From Blepharisma stoltei ATCC 30299 (taxonomy: Eukaryota > Protista > Ciliophora): DNA of 64,000 nucleotides. Location of the stretch: the NCBI GenBank assembly GCA_965603825.1, contig CBFDEM010000060.1:248001-312000 (forward strand). The letters run 5' to 3'. The position numbers and the translations under genes were made by a program. The notes below the pieces were generated by a model, which saw nothing but the letters and a program-made list of their open reading frames with translations, was not told the origin of the DNA and did not search any database. Of this stretch, positions 22,092 to 34,368 are shown one piece after another. Numbering within the stretch: the first letter of the stretch is position 1; each line of letters opens with the position of its first letter.

Positions 22092-24332
22092 CTACAAATA
22101 ATCAAAATCAAGGCTCGCTGTTCGTAAGTGATATATTCTCCCATTATATTTTGCCTTTATTGCCATGGCTCTTTTCAAATGCTCGCACTCTGCTCCACAT
22201 TTCTTATAGTCATGCCCTTCCATGCATTGCTCCAATAATCGTTTGGTGTATGGAGAAAGAGCTTGATATTCTGCTTTATTTTTAAATATAGAAGCTAATG
22301 AATTCGGGATTTCATCATTTTTCTCTTTATCAAAGCTGTCATTTAAAAAAGACTTTGGCAAAGTAGATAAAGTTTGGTTTAAATCACCTTTTGGGAAATT
22401 CGTTTCTTTAAGTTTATTTTTATGTTTCGAAAATTTTTTTATATCTTTGGAATGAGATGCGCTTTCTAGGGTCTCTAGTTTATCGGTTATCGTTGATTTA
22501 AGGTTTTCTGTATATTGAGCGAAATGCGGGTATTGTGATTGAAGCAGATTTTTAAACTTTTTGAATAAATTTTTTTGCTCTTTATTGAGTGTGACAACAA
22601 GTGCTTTTTCAGCATTTTCTAATTTCTTATTTGATATATCAAACCTTAGAGATTGATGCATGAATATTCCGTCTTTATCTTCATAATCGTGCTCTTCTGA
22701 AGAGTTTGAAAGGCTGGAACCTCTATTTTCAAATTGTGATTTTTTATGGTGTTTTTTATTAAGAATCTCATTTTCAGAAATTTTTTCTAGCTTTTCGTCC
22801 TGACTCCAATATTTATTTTTTGAGTTTTTAGCATCATGAGTTTCTTGGCTGTTTTCATTAAAGCCCATCGGTTTTCCTTTATTTCTATTCACATTTGGCC
22901 TTTGGCTATAAGAGCCTGTAAAATTTCTATTTCTTTTTATATCAAAATTAGAAACTGCTGTAGCATCGCTACCTTCATTATCGCTGTCTAATTCTTTTTG
23001 GAGGCCATATTTCTTCATGATTTCGTTAGCATCTATTCCAGAATAAACAAACTTGCTTCCATGCACCTGAAGTCATGATTCTTCGATTTGTTTATTTTTT
23101 TCTTCAGCCATCCTTCACAATACACTCCTCTGCAGGAATTCATCTTTTAATCTTAGTAATTTATTTCGCTTCCCAATTAATTTAGTTTTCAAATTTTCAC
23201 ATTCTTTTTTGAGTGAATTTATTGTGAGTTTGCTTTTTTCAAGTTTTTCCTTTGAAATTGAGTTTATGGATTTTTCTGATTTTAGCTCAATTGAAATTTC
23301 AGTGACTTTATTCTGCAGTTGAGCAATTTCATTTAATTTTCCAGTTAACTCATAAATTTTTAAATTTTTGAAGCTTATCTCATCATCGAATTTTTTCTTT
23401 TCTTCTAATAAAGTATCGCATCTGCGCTTAAGCTTGAGAATTTCTAATTCTTTTTCGCCAGCAATGCTTTCCAATGCTGAATCTATCCCTTTGTTTTCTA
23501 CTTGGCATCCTTTTTCGGCACATTGTGTTTGTTTTATTGTTTTCTGCCTTGCAAGGCTGCTTACTCATTCTTTTCTTAAATTTTCGACTCCGTCTTCGAA
23601 TCCATTATTTTCCTCCTTGATGTCAAATTTAATCAGGTCAGGCGTTTCAACAGGGCTAGGCACATCAGTGCGCATCTGGCATAATGAGTCATACAAATCT
23701 CATAGATGATTAGTAACTCCTGTAACCTTAAGATTTTTCATTTTGTCACCTAATTCTTTAAGGAAATTTATGTCTGGGCTGTCACTCCGACATGCCTTTA
23801 CTCTTCCATTTTCCCCTGAATTTTCAGTTTGAGTGATTTCATCCCTGCATCTAATTTTGGCTGGAGTTTTTTTAGATTCCAGATTTTTTAAATATTTCGT
23901 TATTTGTTGAAAAGCTTTTTTATAGCCAATTAACCCTCTTATAATGCAATTTCCTAGTTTAGTGTCTTTTTGCTTTGTACAAATCGCAATGTTTTCTAAA
24001 TACTGCTGGTATTTTTCACAGGATTGATTAATATTCTGCAAATCAAATCCGTCCAATGGATTGATATTATTAAGTTCAATTTCATAAGCATCAAGATCTT
24101 TATCAAGCCTGTTAAGTTCTGCACAAAAAAATATTTCTGAACTCCTTTTATATAGAGAAATTGAAGATGCAAGTGCATTTGATTCAGCAGCCTCTTTGCT
24201 TATTGCTTCATAAGAACTCTCATAATTATTCAACAACATACTTGACTTTCTAGATTCTCTTGGATTTGAAGCTGTTGTTGAACGCTCTTGAGACCTTTTC
24301 TTTTTTAAGTTTGGGAGGTTTGGCTCGTGCAT
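22092..24332 (-). CDS. coiled-coil hypothetical protein, about 746 aa
   Basis: Three same-frame track ORFs separated only by TGA codons; C-terminal C..H....C...C.H cluster. Confidence 0.75.
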
Positions 24333-24632
24333 TTCTAATAAAAACTATTTCCATCTTTAATTTACATTGGCCTTTCTTCAAGGTGAAGACTTATACAAAC
24401 TAATATTATGGAAACTCGCAATAAAATTTATATTTAAATGATGATTTTTTAGCCTAATGTTAATCTGGGGAAAATAATAAATATTAAAACTACTCATTTC
24501 TTGATTCAACTGAACCCGAAAGAAACAATTAAAGCTTAATTTTTATTCCAAAAATAATTAGACCTAATATCAATTAATCAAAATTAACTATATTGAAGTA
24601 AATTTAATGGCATTATTATTGGCGCATCAAAA

Positions 24633-26043
24633 ATGAGTTTGCATGCTTCCAAAAGTTTTGAAGATTTTACAGCTCATTCATCAGCAAAAAGAGTTCCAGC
24701 ATTTTCATCTAAAATCTTAAAGAAAGTATCTAACTATCATTCAGTGAATTCACTGCAGCTGAACTCTGAGAAACTCAGGTCTGATAATTCCTCCTTCATT
24801 CTTAGCTTGGCTAATAAAAGCTCAATTGTCAAAAGCAACTATTCTATGAATACTTCAGGCATATATCTATCGCCAATAAAAGAATCGACTTCACCTCCTA
24901 TTCAGTTTAAATCTTCTGTGATAAAAAATAAGTACAATTTAATTCAAGTTCTACAAGAATTAGAAAAATCAAGCGATAAGCCAGATATTAAAAAAGCCAA
25001 AGCTGCTTCAAAAGCATTAGAAATATGTGCTAATGAAAGTGGGGCATATCAAAAAGAAATGCAGATGATTACTTCAGAAATTACTAGGTCGCTTTATGCT
25101 GACAAAAAAGAGCTGGATGAGGACGTCCTTGAAAAAATATATGATAAACATACAGGTAATTCTTATGAAGATGCCTTATTAGACAGTGAAATACCTTATT
25201 TCCATATATCAAATACTTATAAAGAATTATGAGAAGAATCGAAGAATGATATTAATAGATTGCAAAAATCACTCATGCACTTGGAAAGAGGTAAAATCTA
25301 CACAGATTTCAAAGTCGCTATCAAAGCTAGAGACAAAGAAATTGATAGACTAAAATGGGAAATCCAAGAAGCCATCAATGCACCAGTTAAAGCTATGGAG
25401 TGAAAAATGGTCCAGTTAGAAGAACAAGTAATGCTTTATTAAGAATATAAGATTTAAAGACGATGCTAACGATACCCAAGAAAAGCTCAATCAGGCATAT
25501 ATGAAAATTAACAACTATAAAGCAGAGTCTTCAGCAGACAAAAATTTGATTGGAGATTTGCAGGTAAAAACAATACAAAATGAAAAGCAAATTATCCATT
25601 TAAAAGAGAGCTTAAATGATTTGGTAAATAAGCATGATGCTGCTTTAAATGAAAATAAAAATTTAAAAACAGAGCTTGAATCAGCAGTTAAAATGCTTGA
25701 GATTATAAAAGATGAAAAAAGTGAGCTTGAATTGCAAGTGAAGCTATTGGAAATAAAAATAAGCAATCTTATAGCAGATTCAGGATCTGGAATGGAGAAT
25801 TTAACTCCAAGGCCAAACTTCGGCGGTACTGAAGAGTTTCACACTTTGAAAGGTTCAAGCACCAAAGAAAAGGTTGGAGAATTAATTAAACTCCTTAAAA
25901 GCTTCAAATTAGACCGTAAACCTACAAGAGTTTTTCAAAGAAGAGAAACTTTAAATCCAAAGAGGAAAAACACTTTAGGCATTTCTATAAGAAAAGCTGA
26001 AAGAATGTTTTCTGTTATTGAAAAAACTGATGATGACTTATAA
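24633..26043 (+). CDS. coiled-coil hypothetical protein
   Basis: Joined by TGA=Trp and the 16-nt intron 25428-25443; two further in-frame 15-nt intron candidates. Confidence 0.75.
25156..25170 (+). other. candidate in-frame 15-nt intron
   Basis: GTAATTCTTATGAAG, A at position 10, no stop. Confidence 0.5.
25291..25305 (+). other. candidate in-frame 15-nt intron
   Basis: GTAAAATCTACACAG, A at position 10, no stop. Confidence 0.65.
25428..25443 (+). other. 16-nt intron
   Basis: GTAATGCTTTATTAAG; removal fixes the frame into the 25501 ORF. Confidence 0.8.
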
Positions 26044-26194
26044 AAATTATTAATTTTGCGATTTTGCAATATTTGGCACTAAGTTTAATATCAATATTTT
26101 AAGGGTCTTGCTAATAAATATTTATTTTTGTCCATGCATCTATAATTTATAATATACTAATATACTGATTTTAAAAATTTTAACTGTTTTATAA

Positions 26195-27097
26195 ATGTTA
26201 GTATCAACTTCTGATGAGATTTGCAAGCATCCTCTAAACAATTCTCCAACTAAGCAGCAGTTTTCTTTCTCAAAGGCTTTACGCTTCAAAAGTTATCAAA
26301 GTTCTCTCTGTAAAGAAGATTTCTATAAGATTCCTTCAGCATTGGACCACCGATCCACCAATTTTGGTATTGGCGAAAGATCTGATTTTACAAAGTCTCA
26401 AAGTCAGAGTCCAGCACCTTGGGTTTACCAAATTCCTTCTTCGTTGAAGAAATCTGGAATAAGCTTTGGAACTTCCAGAGAGTTGTGCAAACGAGTTTTT
26501 GAGACTCATTTAACTCCTGATCCATCTGTCCCTGGGCCTGGAACTTATAAGTTTAAGCAAAAATCACTCGGTGTAGATGCGCCCAAATGAACTTTGAGAC
26601 CAAAAACTCAGTCTCCCGACGATAAAAAAGAAAAAAAGCACATCCCAGGACCAGGGACTTATGCACCCAAATGAGACATGCCAAAAACAGGTGATTATGT
26701 TTTGTCTAACTGAAATTCCACAAAATCAAGCAGCTTCGCACCAAATTCTCTATCAAGATTTGGAAGCAGAAATCTCAGTGCTTCTATCTTGCCTGGGCCT
26801 GGAGCATATCAAATAAATTCTAGCATAAATGAGAAAGGCGAATATTTTGTTTCAAAATTTCAGTCTTCAATGTCAAGGTCTTTTGGCAAATCTAAAAGGG
26901 CTTTAATGAGATCGAATTCAGAATATCCTGGGCCAGGGACTTATAGAGCACCATCAGAGTTTGGATACTATGAAAGCAAAGTTAAGCTTAAACTAAATAT
27001 GAAATTGTATGAAAAAGCTAAAAAAAGTATCGCAAGCACCTCAGTCCCAAATTCAAGAAGAAGTTTAGAATCTTCTCCTAGAGGGAAAGATTATTAA
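26195..27097 (+). CDS. SHIPPO/ODF3-type PGPGxY-repeat ciliary protein
   Basis: PGPGTY/PGPGAY x4; continuous frame with three TGA=Trp. Confidence 0.85.
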
Positions 27098-27676
27098 AGC
27101 AAATTTTTATTTAAATTTATTTAATCATAGAAGAATAATTTCATGATGATTTTTGATTTTAAACTATTTATTTTTTAACGAAATATTTATATTAGCAAAG
27201 CTTATTAAAGTTGCATGAGGGCAGCTAGTTAGCCAATTCTAAGATCTCAGCTACAGAATGCGCAAATTTTTGAAATCATTTATTTTAATATATATATTTA
27301 ATACATCAAAAAATAGCAATATATTGATTCATCATGGTTTACAATCATACCTAGTTTTGCCTAAAAATAACATTCTGCAAGGCTAATTATCCCCCTTAGA
27401 TTTTTAGGGTGGGAATATTATCTGGAAAAGTAAGGATTAAAAAAAAATTAATTGAGTTTGGGTGCAATGGCCACGGCTATAAATTATTGGAAGAATATGT
27501 TAAACATTTTAAGGAAAAATGTGGAAGAATTTCAGATTTTTGAAATGGTTACTTTATTTAGCGAAATTAAGAGTAAAATTGAAGATTCAGATGCTGATGG
27601 AATTTATTTGACTTCACTAACTCAGAATAACCGCTTTTAAGCTTGAAATTAAATAAGGCTTATTGAGGTCAGATGC

Positions 27677-28906
27677 TTAGGTAAAATAGATATAATTACT
27701 TTTCTTCTTCGCCATAACTTGGTTAATCCCTTCTACGTAATCTTCATGCATAATCTGCTCCGCACCTCTTTTCAGTGCAAGCATACCTGCTTCTACACAC
27801 ACAGCTTTGAGCATGGCTCCGTTGAAATCGTCAGTGCTTCTTGACAATTCTTCGAAGTTCACATCTTCTTTATTGTAATTCATCTTTCTGCTATGGATTT
27901 GCAATATTCTGATTCTTGCTTCAAGATTTGGATGAGGGAACTCAATTTTCCTGTCCAGCCTTCCAGATCTTAATAAAGCAGGGTCTAGAATGTCAGGCCT
28001 ATTCGTCGCTGCGATGATTTTAATCCTATCATCACTGCTAAACCCGTCAAGTTGACTTAGCAACTCCAGCATAGTTCTTTGGACTTCTCTGCCACCGCCA
28101 GAATCTGCGTCATGACGACGAGCTCCAACTGCATCAAGTTCATCAATAAAAATAATTGTAGGAGCCTTTTCCTTGGCTAGTGCAAAGGCATCTCTTATCA
28201 TTTTTGCTCCATCTCCGATAAACATCTGGACAAGTTGAGGACCTGCAAGTTTCAAAAAGGTCGCTTTGGTTTGAGCAGCACAAGCTCTTGCCATAAGAGT
28301 TTTGCCAGTTCCAGGTGGCCCGTGCAAGAGAACACCTTTAGGAGGTCTGATTCCAATATTGTCAAACCTTTCTTTGTGGGTCATTGGCAGCACGATTGCT
28401 TCGATGAGCTCTTCAATCTGTTTATCAAGCCCGCCAATATCGCCATACTCTTCTGTAGGTCTTTCGTCAAGTTCCATAGCCTTGACGCGCGAATCGTACT
28501 CAGCTGGGAGAGTGTCAAGGATCAGGTATGAGTCTTTGTTGACGCCTATCAAATCGCCAGGCTTCAAGGTGTTTACATCAACAAGCCCAGGCACTGGGAG
28601 GAATACAGTTTGTCGGGTGCTTGTTTTTATGCAGACTGCCTTTTGGGAGCTTGGATTGTGGACTTCAGTGTCATCTTCTTCCTGGATGTCGAGGATTTCT
28701 ACGACATTGCTGATCAAGTATGGGAGTTGCTTATTCAGCTTGATCTTTTCTTTGTTTTCGCTGATTTGGTTCTTGATCTTGTTGGACTCTTGTTGGAATC
28801 GTTGACTGTCTCTCTTTAAGGCCCTAATGTTACTTTCGAAGATTGAAATTCTGTTCGAGATCTGCTCATTTGTTAGATCAGCAATAAGAGCTTCCACATC
28901 AGACAT
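27677..28906 (-). CDS. PSMC3: 26S proteasome regulatory AAA-ATPase subunit 6A (RPT5)
   Basis: [38 protein letters not shown]. Confidence 0.96.
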   Translation of the reverse strand: MSDVEALIADLTNEQISNRISIFESNIRALKRDSQRFQQESNKIKNQISENKEKIKLNKQLPYLISNVVEILDIQEEDDTEVHNPSSQKAVCIKTSTRQTVFLPVPGLVDVNTLKPGDLIGVNKDSYLILDTLPAEYDSRVKAMELDERPTEEYGDIGGLDKQIEELIEAIVLPMTHKERFDNIGIRPPKGVLLHGPPGTGKTLMARACAAQTKATFLKLAGPQLVQMFIGDGAKMIRDAFALAKEKAPTIIFIDELDAVGARRHDADSGGGREVQRTMLELLSQLDGFSSDDRIKIIAATNRPDILDPALLRSGRLDRKIEFPHPNLEARIRILQIHSRKMNYNKEDVNFEELSRSTDDFNGAMLKAVCVEAGMLALKRGAEQIMHEDYVEGINQVMAKKKSNYIYFT

Positions 28907-29057
28907 TTTCTTTATAATGGAACTTAAAATTCATTGTTTAAACGATTGTTTAGCAAATTTACGATTTTAAAAGGAAAATTTATCTTTTACCTCATAATTA
29001 TTTATCTATTCGTTTAAACTTTATTTCTCAATTTATCTTTTAGGCATTAAATATATA

Positions 29058-29750
29058 ATGGAAGAAGAAGGCCAAAAAGTCATTTTTGTTTTAGAAGGAG
29101 CGTAAGTATCAAATAGTACCTTAGACACTGCTAAAATCAAGAAGGATGGCGAGTTTGTCCTTCTAAATTCTGACGACCACACAAATTACCTTAAAAAAAT
29201 TGGCGTGGACCCAGCCGAATATAGACCAGACATTACACATCAAACTTTGCTTGCTCTATTAGACAGCCCATTGGCAAAGGCTGGGAAAATTCAAGTTTAC
29301 ATCCACACTTTCAAAAATGTTTTAATCTACGTTTCTCCTCAGCTAAGAATGCCCAGGACTTATAAAAGATTTGCTGGACTCATAACACAGCTTCTTCATA
29401 CAAGAAAAATCAAAGCTGCGGACAACGGGAAATATTTGATGAGAGTCATAAAAAATCCTATCACAGACCATTTACCAGTTGGCTCAATAAAAATTGGGAC
29501 TTCAGTAGAAAGTGAGTTAACAGATATTTTTGAGTTTGTAAAGGACCCAAGCTACCAATTTACTTCTTCAGACCCTAATAAAGCACCAAAAACTCCAGTC
29601 TTCGTCATTGGAGCCTGCGCACACGGCCACCCTGCAAAAGAAGTCGACTACATCAGCAAAGCAATTTCAATCTCAAATTACCACTTGTCAGCAGCTTGCT
29701 GTGCATCAAGAATTGCATTTGCTTTTGAAGTTCTCTGGGGAATAGTTTAA
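29058..29750 (+). CDS. EMG1: 18S rRNA pseudouridine methyltransferase NEP1/EMG1
   Basis: VIFVLEGA/T..LLNSDDH..RPDITHQTLLALLDSPL.KAG..R.PRTYKRFAGL; intron 29102-29116. Confidence 0.94.
29102..29116 (+). other. 15-nt intron
   Basis: GTAAGTATCAAATAG, in-frame TAA. Confidence 0.92.
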
Positions 29751-29793
29751 TTTTACACATTTTCATATTTAGTGTGTTGTTATTATCATTTAC

Positions 29794-31038
29794 TTACATC
29801 ATAAAACTTTTCTTCAGTAAATTGATCTTTTCTTTCCTTTGTGTGTCCATTTCTTTGGAGACATCCTGGATTTCTTTTTTCATGTTTTCTTTCATTTGGT
29901 CAACAATAAGGTTCATGAAGCCTCCTTGTCCTTCAAGCTCTTTTATCTGGACTTCATAGTTAAGCTTAATTTCGTTTATTTTGGAAGCTTTTTCAGAAAA
30001 TGATTTTTCCATGAGGTCTTCCAGCTGGATTTCTAAATTGTCGATATGTTTGGAGTCTTCGCAGCTGGGATTAAATGATAAATTGACTTCAGACATCGGA
30101 TTAAGCAAACTAAATTCTGGAGGAGAGTTTTCATTAGGAAGAACGTCTATGCACGATTTATTCAGAGGAGAGTCATAAATACTTGTATCTCGGGTGGATT
30201 TGTCAAGCATAGCCTTTTTCCTTGATTTGAGCCTGTGGTTCAAATCTGAGTCCTGGGACTTGAAATCTGATGAGCACTTTTGGGCGATGACCTTTGCATT
30301 GGTTTGATGGAGGTGAATTATTCGTTCTAAATTTTTGGACAGCTTGTAAGAAGGTTCTGCAAGAGCTTGGTTAAGCTGCGCTGATAAATAACTTTTGTTT
30401 CTTTCTGACTCCTTTTTACGTTGCTCGATACTGTTTTCAAATCTTTTAGGCTGTGGAGTTGAAAATGTATGCCTTCTCTGAGTTGACTTAGCTGGCTCAG
30501 TGTCTGGCATAATTGTAATGGAAATTTCAATGTTTTGGTTTTCTTCTTCAGGGTTAATTTTGCTGCTTTCACTTTCGTTTTCAGCTTCAGAGCCTGAGTC
30601 TTCTTCTTCTTTTATCGCATACTGAATATGTGTTTTATGAACAATGTTGATTTCTTTTTTAGTTTCAGCTTCAGGGGTTCTTTCTCTAACTGGAGAAGGT
30701 GACTTTTTCAATCCAAGCTGTCTCTCTCGAGTTGGTGAAGGCGATTTACTCAAATCTTGCCTTTTGCTAGGAGAGGAGCTCTCCTCTCTCATCGTAGTTA
30801 TTGCTTGAGGTTTTACAAGCATTTTATGCATGCGGTCTTGAAAGTCCAGATATCTTGGATCTTTATAATATTCGTAGTATTCGATAATTTCTGTATACAT
30901 CAGAACAAGTTGGTTTATTATTTCGATGCTCCAGTCTTTTTCAAGCTCTAATTCTTTCTCAAGAAGTCTGATTCCGAAATCTTCTGAAAGTTTTGGAGGT
31001 CCTCGGCTGACTCGTGAATTGGATTTGGATTTTGACAT
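29794..31038 (-). CDS. hypothetical coiled-coil protein, 414 aa
   Basis: Long uninterrupted ATG-to-TAA ORF. Confidence 0.8.
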   Translation of the reverse strand: MSKSKSNSRVSRGPPKLSEDFGIRLLEKELELEKDWSIEIINQLVLMYTEIIEYYEYYKDPRYLDFQDRMHKMLVKPQAITTMREESSSPSKRQDLSKSPSPTRERQLGLKKSPSPVRERTPEAETKKEINIVHKTHIQYAIKEEEDSGSEAENESESSKINPEEENQNIEISITIMPDTEPAKSTQRRHTFSTPQPKRFENSIEQRKKESERNKSYLSAQLNQALAEPSYKLSKNLERIIHLHQTNAKVIAQKCSSDFKSQDSDLNHRLKSRKKAMLDKSTRDTSIYDSPLNKSCIDVLPNENSPPEFSLLNPMSEVNLSFNPSCEDSKHIDNLEIQLEDLMEKSFSEKASKINEIKLNYEVQIKELEGQGGFMNLIVDQMKENMKKEIQDVSKEMDTQRKEKINLLKKSFMM

Positions 31039-31752
31039 TTTCTTAAATGTTCACCAATAAGTCATTTCATAATTGATGAATTTCAGTAGGTTACATGAGA
31101 AGAGCGAACTTAAAGCGAGGTTTGCTTTTAGAAGCTGGCATAATTCACCATTTTAGAGAGCTATAAGATTAATTAAGTAGTTATTGTGGTTTTAATTTTT
31201 TTGAAAAATAATGAAGAAGGATAATATAGCCACTTTTGAATATTAAGGTAAAATTTATAGTTGCTTAAGATGGATTACCTGAAGTGATTATTTTATAGTT
31301 AGAGCTTAATGCCGTTTTGATGTCAAGTTTAGTACCAGCTTATACAAGAGAAAGAGCTATAATTTCATAAATCACTTTTTATACATATTCAGATAATATC
31401 TATAGTCCAATGATTATCAAATCGTATAAAGAATGATGGATATTTTGAGATATTGTGAAGATTAAATAATTTACAATAAAGTTTTTATCGGCCTAAAAAA
31501 TTAGAAGTATACCTAATAAGGTATGATAGCAACTTTAGTCATTTAAATTTAAATATCTGAGTACAAAAAGAAACCAAATAAAGCGTTTGATTTCTAAATT
31601 CTACTTTATATGTTTCAATAATCAAGAAAAAGAAATTAATAAAAGATTCAAAATATTTACTATCGATAAAATATCTTAGCATTTTTGCAAGCAAAATGCA
31701 ATCATAAATTACTATATATTTAGAGAAATATTGACTAAATCCTTGAGATTAT

Positions 31753-32145
31753 TTAGAAAAAGTATCCAAGTAATTTTCCTCCAGTGTGTCTTTTACGTGC
31801 CTCTTCATGGTCAAGGATGCCATAAGTTGTGGTCAAAACTACATATCCGAATTGTCTAGATGGCAATAAATCAGTTGCAACTTGCTCAATATCAGTGAGT
31901 GCAATATCAAATCTTGGTGAGATAACTCCGCATTTATTTAGTCTTCCAACTAAGTCTACGACAATTTTGCCAGATCTGTGGTCATCAATAACTTCGAATT
32001 CTCCGATATAGCCTTGCTTTTGCATTAAGCGAAGGAATCTTATAACCACTTTTGAGGCTGGTCTGATAAGCACTTGTCTTTTTCCTCTCTTTTCAGCGTT
32101 GATGATGCTCTTAAGGCAGTCTGCAAGCACGTTCATTCTCACCAT
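31753..32145 (-). CDS. RPS15A: 40S ribosomal protein S15a (uS8)
   Basis: [29 protein letters not shown]...GGKLLGYFF. Confidence 0.97.
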   Translation of the reverse strand: MVRMNVLADCLKSIINAEKRGKRQVLIRPASKVVIRFLRLMQKQGYIGEFEVIDDHRSGKIVVDLVGRLNKCGVISPRFDIALTDIEQVATDLLPSRQFGYVVLTTTYGILDHEEARKRHTGGKLLGYFF

Positions 32146-32377
32146 TTTGTTTGATAAACTTTAATAACAGTAGATAAGTTTTAAACAAAGCCTTAAAAGC
32201 TCTAGCATAATTAAAATTGCAGCACACAGCACTTATTAGAAAAAAATTTAAGGCTTGATCAAAAATAGAAATGAGAAGAAGTCAGTGCTCATGAATAAAA
32301 AGCTTTTCTACTAGCATAGCTACTATTGAGTAAAATATCGCCTTCTAGTATCATAATTTTCTTCTTCACATTTAAAT

Positions 32378-34186
32378 ATGTCTTACTCTCCAGAACAAAT
32401 CGCCCGCCTCAAAGAGCTAATTCATGATCATCTTGAGAAGAACAAGGTTTTCGATACAGTCAAAAACATGCTGGAAGAAGAAGCAATCTCAGAAGCTTTA
32501 TCGAACGACAAAATCCTTGAAGTGTTAGGAAATCAAGGAGTCCTAGGCGATGTCTTAACTCATGTACAGCAGCTTCCCGAATCTGAAGATCTCCCAGGCA
32601 TCGATCGGTCTAAAAAGTACCTTCTCTTTAAACTCCAATATGGAAAAGCATTTATTGATTTCTTGTCCGCAGACAGTTCGAGAAGCAATCTGCAAATCCA
32701 TATTTCCTTTTTACAGCAGCGATTTTCATCTAAAAGTATCCCATGCTCAGCAGAGCCTATTTTTGACGATAGTTTCTTACTCAATCTGTCACCTCCTGAC
32801 TATGGAAACGTCGATTTTGGAACATTGCTTAAGCTGAGAGCTCCAATTCATATTGTAGTGATCAAAGAAACTAATGGAAGAAAAGAAATTGTTGCAAGCA
32901 AAAATATCGAGTGGAGGCTGATGCTGAGCACTCCTATGCTCTCGTTTCCTATTGAATTGACTGGACTTGGCACAAGAGCAAAAATGCCAATTGGCGTTAT
33001 TTATGCACAAATGGACTTAATGCCAAGAATCAAAAGAGGGGATTTGCTAACAGATAGAGTAGTGAATGAGCAGCTTAATTTAGAAGCTAAATATGAAAGA
33101 GAAATCGCGCATAGCTATTTTGAGTACTCAAATGAGTGGTGGAGAGATTATAAACAAATCAGGCCGACACATGAAAAAAGGCGAGTGCAAATTTACGCAG
33201 AAGTTGAAGATGGCAGCTATAAGCCAGTCTCATCATTGGTGCAGCCGTTTAAAACCAACCGGCTTATTGATTCACCGTTGCATGCAGCCAGGTTTGTAAG
33301 CTTAATTCCTTTTGAAAGAGAAGAAGCTCCAGGAGGAACAAGAAATGAAAAATGGAATAGTATGCATACGTTTCTTGTTAAAGGCTATGGAGACTGTGAA
33401 GATCATGCTGTATTATTAGCAGGACTTCTTCTTGGGTTCGGATTAGACGCTTATGTTTGTATCGGATGCAGTGGAGAGGGTCCACATGCGTGGGTTATCA
33501 CATTAGGTGATCGAGTCACTTTTTGGGAAAGTTTAACAGGGCAACGCTTTTATAGCGATGATCCAAGGATCCATAGATATTACAGGAAAATTGGCTGTGC
33601 TTTTAACCACAAATCATTTTATGCGAATATACAAGTTGATGATATCGTTGCTAACACAAACTGGGACTTACAAAATGAGTCTCTATGGAAAGCAATGGCA
33701 CCAGATATCCTGCAATCTTTAATTGGCTCAGCTAAATATTTGCCTTTGCTATCACCAATTCCTAATCCTCAGGAAGAAGAAATAAAAATTGAAAATGAAC
33801 TGAGAGGAATGATAGTTGCCTACAGGGAAAGAATGGATTTATTGACACACTGGGACGAAGATTTAAGCTATTTGCTGCAGCCTGCACTTGTAAATTATGA
33901 GATGGATAGGATAGGATCAGTGACTTTTGGAAATGAAGAATTTCAGCAGAGTATCAAAAGGCATGTTCCTGAAGGGCATACGTTCAAAGCCTTTCCAACT
34001 CAACTCCAGCAGAGACGAGTTAATGATATAATGGGGAGCATCACAAAAGCAAGTGTAGCTCAAGATATTTTACAAACGAGGGGAGATACAGTAAGGTTTG
34101 CATTGAGAATTAAGCTGGTGGCATATCCTGAAGAACGGTGCGCTGTTTGGGTTATGCTAGCAGTTCGTTACCGTTCTGTTGTTTAA
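32378..34186 (+). CDS. CEP76: centrosomal protein 76 (C2 + transglutaminase-like)
   Basis: GKAF, SP.HAARFVSLIPF, GDCEDHAVLL..LLLGFGLDAYVCIG, FWESLTG, AVWVMLA. Confidence 0.92.
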   Translation: MSYSPEQIARLKELIHDHLEKNKVFDTVKNMLEEEAISEALSNDKILEVLGNQGVLGDVLTHVQQLPESEDLPGIDRSKKYLLFKLQYGKAFIDFLSADSSRSNLQIHISFLQQRFSSKSIPCSAEPIFDDSFLLNLSPPDYGNVDFGTLLKLRAPIHIVVIKETNGRKEIVASKNIEWRLMLSTPMLSFPIELTGLGTRAKMPIGVIYAQMDLMPRIKRGDLLTDRVVNEQLNLEAKYEREIAHSYFEYSNEWWRDYKQIRPTHEKRRVQIYAEVEDGSYKPVSSLVQPFKTNRLIDSPLHAARFVSLIPFEREEAPGGTRNEKWNSMHTFLVKGYGDCEDHAVLLAGLLLGFGLDAYVCIGCSGEGPHAWVITLGDRVTFWESLTGQRFYSDDPRIHRYYRKIGCAFNHKSFYANIQVDDIVANTNWDLQNESLWKAMAPDILQSLIGSAKYLPLLSPIPNPQEEEIKIENELRGMIVAYRERMDLLTHWDEDLSYLLQPALVNYEMDRIGSVTFGNEEFQQSIKRHVPEGHTFKAFPTQLQQRRVNDIMGSITKASVAQDILQTRGDTVRFALRIKLVAYPEERCAVWVMLAVRYRSVV

Positions 34187-34368
34187 AGAGTTATTAAAAG
34201 ATTGAGAAAGAAATACGTTTTAAATTAATTTCTTTGGTATTAACAAATTTATACAATTTAAGAAAGCTAATAATAGTTGAGATCTATTTACAAATTATTT
34301 TATTTGTTGTTTTTTAGATCATCCTATATTTATTTTAGATAAATATTTCAAATTGTAACCGTATAGTG

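Noticed and set aside
27452-27640. 62-aa + strand ORF
   Set aside because: Short, no motif, alternative frames equally plausible
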